Of a DNA stretch of 32,000 bases, positions 28,031 to 32,000 are shown piece after piece. The position numbers and the translations under genes were made by a program. Numbering within the stretch: the stretch's first letter is position 1; every line of letters begins with the position of its first letter. Source of the stretch: an uncultured Alphaproteobacteria bacterium (GTDB lineage: Bacteria > Pseudomonadota > Alphaproteobacteria > Rhizobiales > Xanthobacteraceae). Where the stretch lies: contig CAVWDY010000018.1 of assembly GCA_963753875.1 (NCBI GenBank), positions 495,057 through 527,056 of the forward strand. Direction: 5' to 3'. A model generated the notes under the pieces. It was not told where the DNA came from and made no database searches. It saw nothing but the letters and a program-made list of their open reading frames with translations.

Positions 28031-28312
28031 GCGGCGCTTATTGCTGCTACGTGCTAATTCCACGCCGAAGGGCGTTCGTACATCCAGCTTGCGTCCGACA
28101 AAGGCTGGTTCAATCTCTGCGCCCGGGTTATCGATGAGCGAACCAAAAATCGTGGAGATATTTTTTCAGCAATTCAAGATTCATTTCGAACCACCTCAAC
28201 GGCGATATTGAGATTCGATGGCCGTGCCGCTTTAACGCTTTGGACTTACAGCCTCGGCGTATATCGTCGGCCAGCAAAATGAGCATAGCCAGAATGGATA
28301 AAAGGCTGCGAC

Positions 28313-28834
28313 ATGAGAAACGATGCGAATGATCAAGACGCGCTCTGGGTGGCATTAAAACGCCGGATTGATTTCTCGCGCGAGAGCAATGTCGGTAATA
28401 CGAGCGTTGAACAACTGGTGCTGAAATATGGCCGTCCCTTCATCGGAGGTGGACGGCCAAAGGGCTACCGGCAGCGGGCAGCAAAGAACTGCTATTTAAA
28501 TTCATTTTACCTGGCTGACGCCGACCGTGGCTTTTACGTGGAGGGCTATGCACTTCGTCCCGGACATCTGTTCCAACATGCCTGGATCACGATAGATGGC
28601 ACACATGCTGTCGACGTAACCTTGCAGGATATTTCAGATTGCCTGTTCTTTGGAATCCTCTTTCCATTGAGGACAATCTCAGAAGAAATTCGCTCTCGGG
28701 GAGATCGCCCGTTCCCCTTGTTGGATCACGCGCAATCAATGGAAGCTATGGAAGATCTGCTTCGTCGAGCGATTAGATCTCCGCTCGATTTTTTCGCTGA
28801 TGTTAAGTCCGGCACAACCGAACCGAATATTTAG
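28313..28834 (+). CDS. Hypothetical protein, 173 aa, with a possible Cys-His-Asp papain/transglutaminase-like arrangement
   Basis: 'AAKNCYLNSFYLA ... LFQHAWITIDGTHAVDVT' gives the order C...H...D with spacing typical of transglutaminase-like cysteine peptidases. The region is lower in GC than its flanks. Confidence 0.45.
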   Translation: MRNDANDQDALWVALKRRIDFSRESNVGNTSVEQLVLKYGRPFIGGGRPKGYRQRAAKNCYLNSFYLADADRGFYVEGYALRPGHLFQHAWITIDGTHAVDVTLQDISDCLFFGILFPLRTISEEIRSRGDRPFPLLDHAQSMEAMEDLLRRAIRSPLDFFADVKSGTTEPNI

Positions 28835-30424
28835 CTGCGGCTTCAAGCACGCTGAGCGGCTCGATATTGGTGGGGACAAACGACGCAGAAAATACATTGA
28901 TGTGGCATTTCAGAACTACCTAGGTTGGGTCGACTGCGACAAGTCGCTTTACGTCTTCATCTCCATGAAACGAATACCATTCAAATAGCTTCGAATTGGC
29001 CCCGCCATATAGGCCGAAATCGTCGGACATTTCAGCAGTTCAAGATACACTTTGCTACCTCAACGGCGATATCCTATTGCTCGACGCCACGAACCAGCAT
29101 CAGAAGCCTTTGAAACTCAGCGTTGTCGGTATCGCACTTCCAGAAATTGAGGAACTGACAGACCATTTGAAGATCACCCGTTTTCGTAGTTCCCTGAGGG
29201 CAGAAGGTTTTCATCGACATCCGGGCCGATAAACTGAAATGGTAGGCCTGATGCAGCCCGACGACGAGGAACTGGCCGGCGGCTCGACATCGCGGCGTTA
29301 CGGCAAGCGAGGCCGCCGCCTACGGGAGATCTTCTGCGTATCCGGTCCGGCGCATGATGACGCTGGTCGAAGACATTGCTCCAAGCAGGTCAACGTTGCA
29401 CAAGCCGACCGGACAGCGTGATGCAAAGTTGGCGAGCAAAATAACTCACACCCAAGCCCTTCAAAACTATCCCGATGGAACCAGCCCATCGATGATACCG
29501 ACTCCAGGATCGCGCTGTCCTTGAGCAGCGCCATGACGGCTTGCCGTCGGGGTAGAGGATCGGTCCGACCGACCGCCTCCCGGGCGAACGTCCGGCGCAA
29601 TTCGACGGCTGCCGCCAATTCGAACCGCGCAAAGACCGGTAGCGACCGGGTGGACATGTGATCTTCGGCGGTCATGCCGATGCCGGTGCTCAGGGTACCG
29701 ACGTTCACGTTCCGGTTGACCTCCACGATTGTGCTGAGGTCGCCGGATCCCACGGATCGACCTTGCTGTACGTGGGATCCGCCGGCCAGATGGGACGCTT
29801 CTCGCTCCGGTCGAGAGCCTCGAAGATTTCGCCGGCGGGCCCCGTCGTCCGAATCGCCTGTGGCGCCGCTGCGTCGGCAGCGGTAACCACGATACCCGCG
29901 CAATTGCCCGTGACCTAAATCCCGCACTTCGATATCGCCGGACTATCGGACTCCCGGGCGATGGCGCCGGACTAGGTACTGGGAAACTCCGGCGGCAGGA
30001 TCCCGAGTTGAAGAAGATCCGATGGCTCGGTCGCGCCGGCTCGGTCGAGACGGCGAGGAAGGCTTGGCCGACGGTCGAGGTCGACGCGGGCGCGCCGACT
30101 ACACATAGTCCTCCATCCCTTCCACCGTACGACAAGGGTAGGCGTATGGATGATCAAGGGCATAGCTTGAAGCAGCAATGCGAGCGAAGGAGAATGGCAA
30201 AGCTGAGTACGATGAGCCATAAAGAGGCTGATCCAACGGCTTCCAAGCCGATCGATTGTACGGCGTTTTTCTTGAACACCCACTCTAAGTCATTGAATTT
30301 CCATGAGCGTGCTGGGGCAGCAACAACTACGGCCGCCTCTTACGTTCACGTTGCTCCCCCAATTGCGAAGCGCAGTCCTTTGCGGAACAAAAAGGAGGAG
30401 CGGTGTCCGGCCTTAGAGTGCTGA

Positions 30425-30451
30425 AAACCCCGCCGATAATCGGCGGGGTTT
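30425..30451. terminator. Perfect 13-bp-arm palindrome flanked by an A-tract and a T-tract (bidirectional intrinsic-terminator-like hairpin)
   Basis: AAACCCCGCCGAT-A-ATCGGCGGGGTTT, followed by GTTTTG and preceded by GAAAA. Confidence 0.5.
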
Positions 30452-30466
30452 GTTTTGACGACGGCG

Positions 30467-30873
30467 TCATCTGGCACGCCAGCCCCGGCGGGGATCGGCC
30501 TTGGGGCCTGGGACAAGGTTATTTCTCGATGTTCTGAGCGGCGGCGAAGAGCAGGCACTGGCCAGCGACGGCGAGCAGTCCCAGAAACCACCGATAGGCG
30601 ACGTTGACCTCGATCTCGCGAACACAGCTGCCGTTCGGAGTGCACCCCGAACAGGTAGCCCACGAGCAGCGCCTTGAACATCAAGGTGGGGTCGAGCGGG
30701 GCTGCTCGTTGGCCGGGCAGTAAGGCCCGACCACCAATCAGAGATGAAGGAAAAGTCGACCACCGCGTCGATCTTGCGCAACAAGTGGCCCTTCCGAACC
30801 AGACCGTCGAGACTACCCATTTCAAGGCGGTCTGTTGCGACGAGGGTTTCTTCAGCATCACGCATACCATCAA
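30467..30873 (-). pseudogene. Degraded N-terminal fragment of an IS5/IS1182-family transposase
   Basis: 'MLKKPSSQQTAL', 'SLDGLVRKGHLLRKIDAVVDFSFI' and 'LDPTLMFKALLVGYLFGVHSERQLC' are the conserved N-terminal blocks. They are split across two minus-strand frames (ORFs 30346-30873 and 30467-30886). There is no DDE domain. Confidence 0.7.
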
Positions 30874-30947
30874 GAGTCCCCGCCAATGGCGAGACCTTGT
30901 CAGTAGTCTGAGGCGCGCGATGCCCGGCCTTTAAGTTTCAACACTTG

Positions 30948-32000
30948 TCAGCCTCCACGCCGTCCCCCGTTCTTGTCGGCGCGCTCTTTGGCCAACTTCG
31001 CGACGACGCCGGTCGCGCGGACTCCCGGCGTTGCGTGTAGATAGCTCTTGCCGGCCACCCTCGCGGTGATGCCCAACAGGCTACACCTTTCCAGGAACGC
31101 CTTTTCGAAGCTAAGCCCATCGAGTCCCGCGAGGCCCTTGTTGAACACCATCTGCCGCTCTCGGTGCACGCCAAAGTCACGCACGTCAGCCCAACGTTCG
31201 TCGGCGATCTGGTAGAGAACCCAAAGGGTCGACGCCTGCACCTTCTTATACAGCTTTTGCGCGTCGAGGTTTGGGTTCTTGCTCCGTGTCACGAACAGGC
31301 TGTCGCTCGATTTCCCGTTCAGAATCCAGTCGCGAGCGCCACCGTTGCGGGTGTAGTCGTGAAGCGCATTGTAAAGCCCGTTCGTATCGTCGAGCTTCCC
31401 TTTGAACCAGTCGCTGTTCGTGTAGTCTCCGCTTTTCCTGCCGTTCTTGATCGACGACCAGTGCACGTACCACCACCATTCACCCTTGAGGTATCTCAGG
31501 CCGCCGGAATTGTCCGGCAGGTAGGTCGTCTCCGTAATTGCGCGAGACCGGTGTGGAAACTGCGCGACCATCTCATGGTATACGAGGTTCTGGACCGCGT
31601 AAGACCAAGCGCGGTAGCCGGGTTCGCACTTCGCGAGCCTCGCGACAAGAATATTTCCGAATGCGTTCCGGAAGTCGTCCAGGTCGTTGTCCAAAATCTG
31701 AACGACCCGGGCCTTTTGACGGCTAGTCTGGGGCCCGAGTTCAACGATCCAGCGGTCGATATTGCTGATACGGGCTGCATATCTCTCTTCGCTCGCCTCG
31801 CAGATCGCAACCCAATCGCCGATCGCCTCCGGAAATTCAGCTGCAAGCATCGCGCGCGCTTCCGGATTCAGGCAGTCGTAGAATTCCGGCCGCTGACGGA
31901 GAAATCCGCCTTTCGCCACCATCGCTTTCGCGAATACGTAGAGCAGGGTGTCCTCCGCTCCGTAAGGCTTGATCCCATCCGGGAACGTCTTGGTCGTCAC
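30948..32000 (-). CDS. Tyrosine-recombinase/integrase-like protein, 5'-truncated by the window edge
   Basis: C-terminal 'FGVHRERQMVF' (HxxR) and 'LLGITARVAGKSYLHAT' (LLGxxxxxxxxYxH-like) fit the catalytic region. The ORF is open to position 32000. Confidence 0.45.
   Translation of the reverse strand: MTTKTFPDGIKPYGAEDTLLYVFAKAMVAKGGFLRQRPEFYDCLNPEARAMLAAEFPEAIGDWVAICEASEERYAARISNIDRWIVELGPQTSRQKARVVQILDNDLDDFRNAFGNILVARLAKCEPGYRAWSYAVQNLVYHEMVAQFPHRSRAITETTYLPDNSGGLRYLKGEWWWYVHWSSIKNGRKSGDYTNSDWFKGKLDDTNGLYNALHDYTRNGGARDWILNGKSSDSLFVTRSKNPNLDAQKLYKKVQASTLWVLYQIADERWADVRDFGVHRERQMVFNKGLAGLDGLSFEKAFLERCSLLGITARVAGKSYLHATPGVRATGVVAKLAKERADKNGGRRGG

Noticed and set aside
29298-29927. Tn3-family transposase C-terminal remnant (the 'MRDLGHGQL' stretch resembles the RIRDLG block)
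   Set aside because: Only one short and weak resemblance exists. The surrounding frames did not reproduce other Tn3 TnpA blocks when I compared them from memory.
29467-30135. 222-aa minus-strand ORF as a real gene
   Set aside because: Its composition is extremely Arg/Pro/Ser/Gly-rich. It overlaps other ORFs in all frames and has no recognisable motif. It is most likely a compositional artefact or decayed DNA.
30008-30424. 138-aa + strand ORF ending right at the hairpin
   Set aside because: The translation is not protein-like, with Thr/Ala/Pro runs and no hydrophobic periodicity. The apparent link to the terminator is probably coincidental.
1-32000. CRISPR arrays, tRNA or rRNA genes, and phase-variable simple-sequence repeats in pglX
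   Set aside because: I found no regularly spaced direct repeats, no cloverleaf-like or rRNA-like segments, and no long homopolymer or short tandem repeat inside pglX. The only notable homopolymer is the A8 run in the IS630 transposase.

Overview
The window reads as a mosaic defence island in a fairly GC-rich bacterial genome. I cannot assign a taxon from sequence alone. The centrepiece is a complete type 1 BREX operon on the + strand (9968-24637), in the order brxA-brxB-brxC-[extra gene]-pglX-pglZ-brxL. The extra 273-aa gene carries a HEPN-type RNxxxH motif and is wedged, translationally coupled, between brxC and pglX. Three more modules lie upstream. (i) A minus-strand three-gene operon (122-3250) encodes a small unknown protein, a QueC-like PP-loop ATPase and an XRE-HTH/ImmA-IrrE metallopeptidase fusion; I cannot match this combination to a named system. 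(ii) A divergently transcribed RES toxin is paired with an unusually long Xre/DUF2384-type antitoxin (3426-5132). (iii) A lower-GC minus-strand operon (7128-9547) encodes an McrA-architecture HNH protein, a ParA-like ATPase and a coiled-coil/SAP-like small protein, divergent from BREX. Between these sit a hypothetical gene and a frameshifted metallophosphoesterase pseudogene. Downstream of brxL is an IS630-family element with an A8 -1 frameshift site. It is followed by a decayed zone: hypothetical ORFs, an XRE-HTH ORF, a LigD-type ligase remnant with a TGG-to-TAG change and an IS5/IS1182 transposase fragment. A tyrosine-recombinase-like gene runs off the right edge. I saw no rRNA, tRNA or CRISPR array. 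Domain calls rest on motifs read by eye; no database search was possible.
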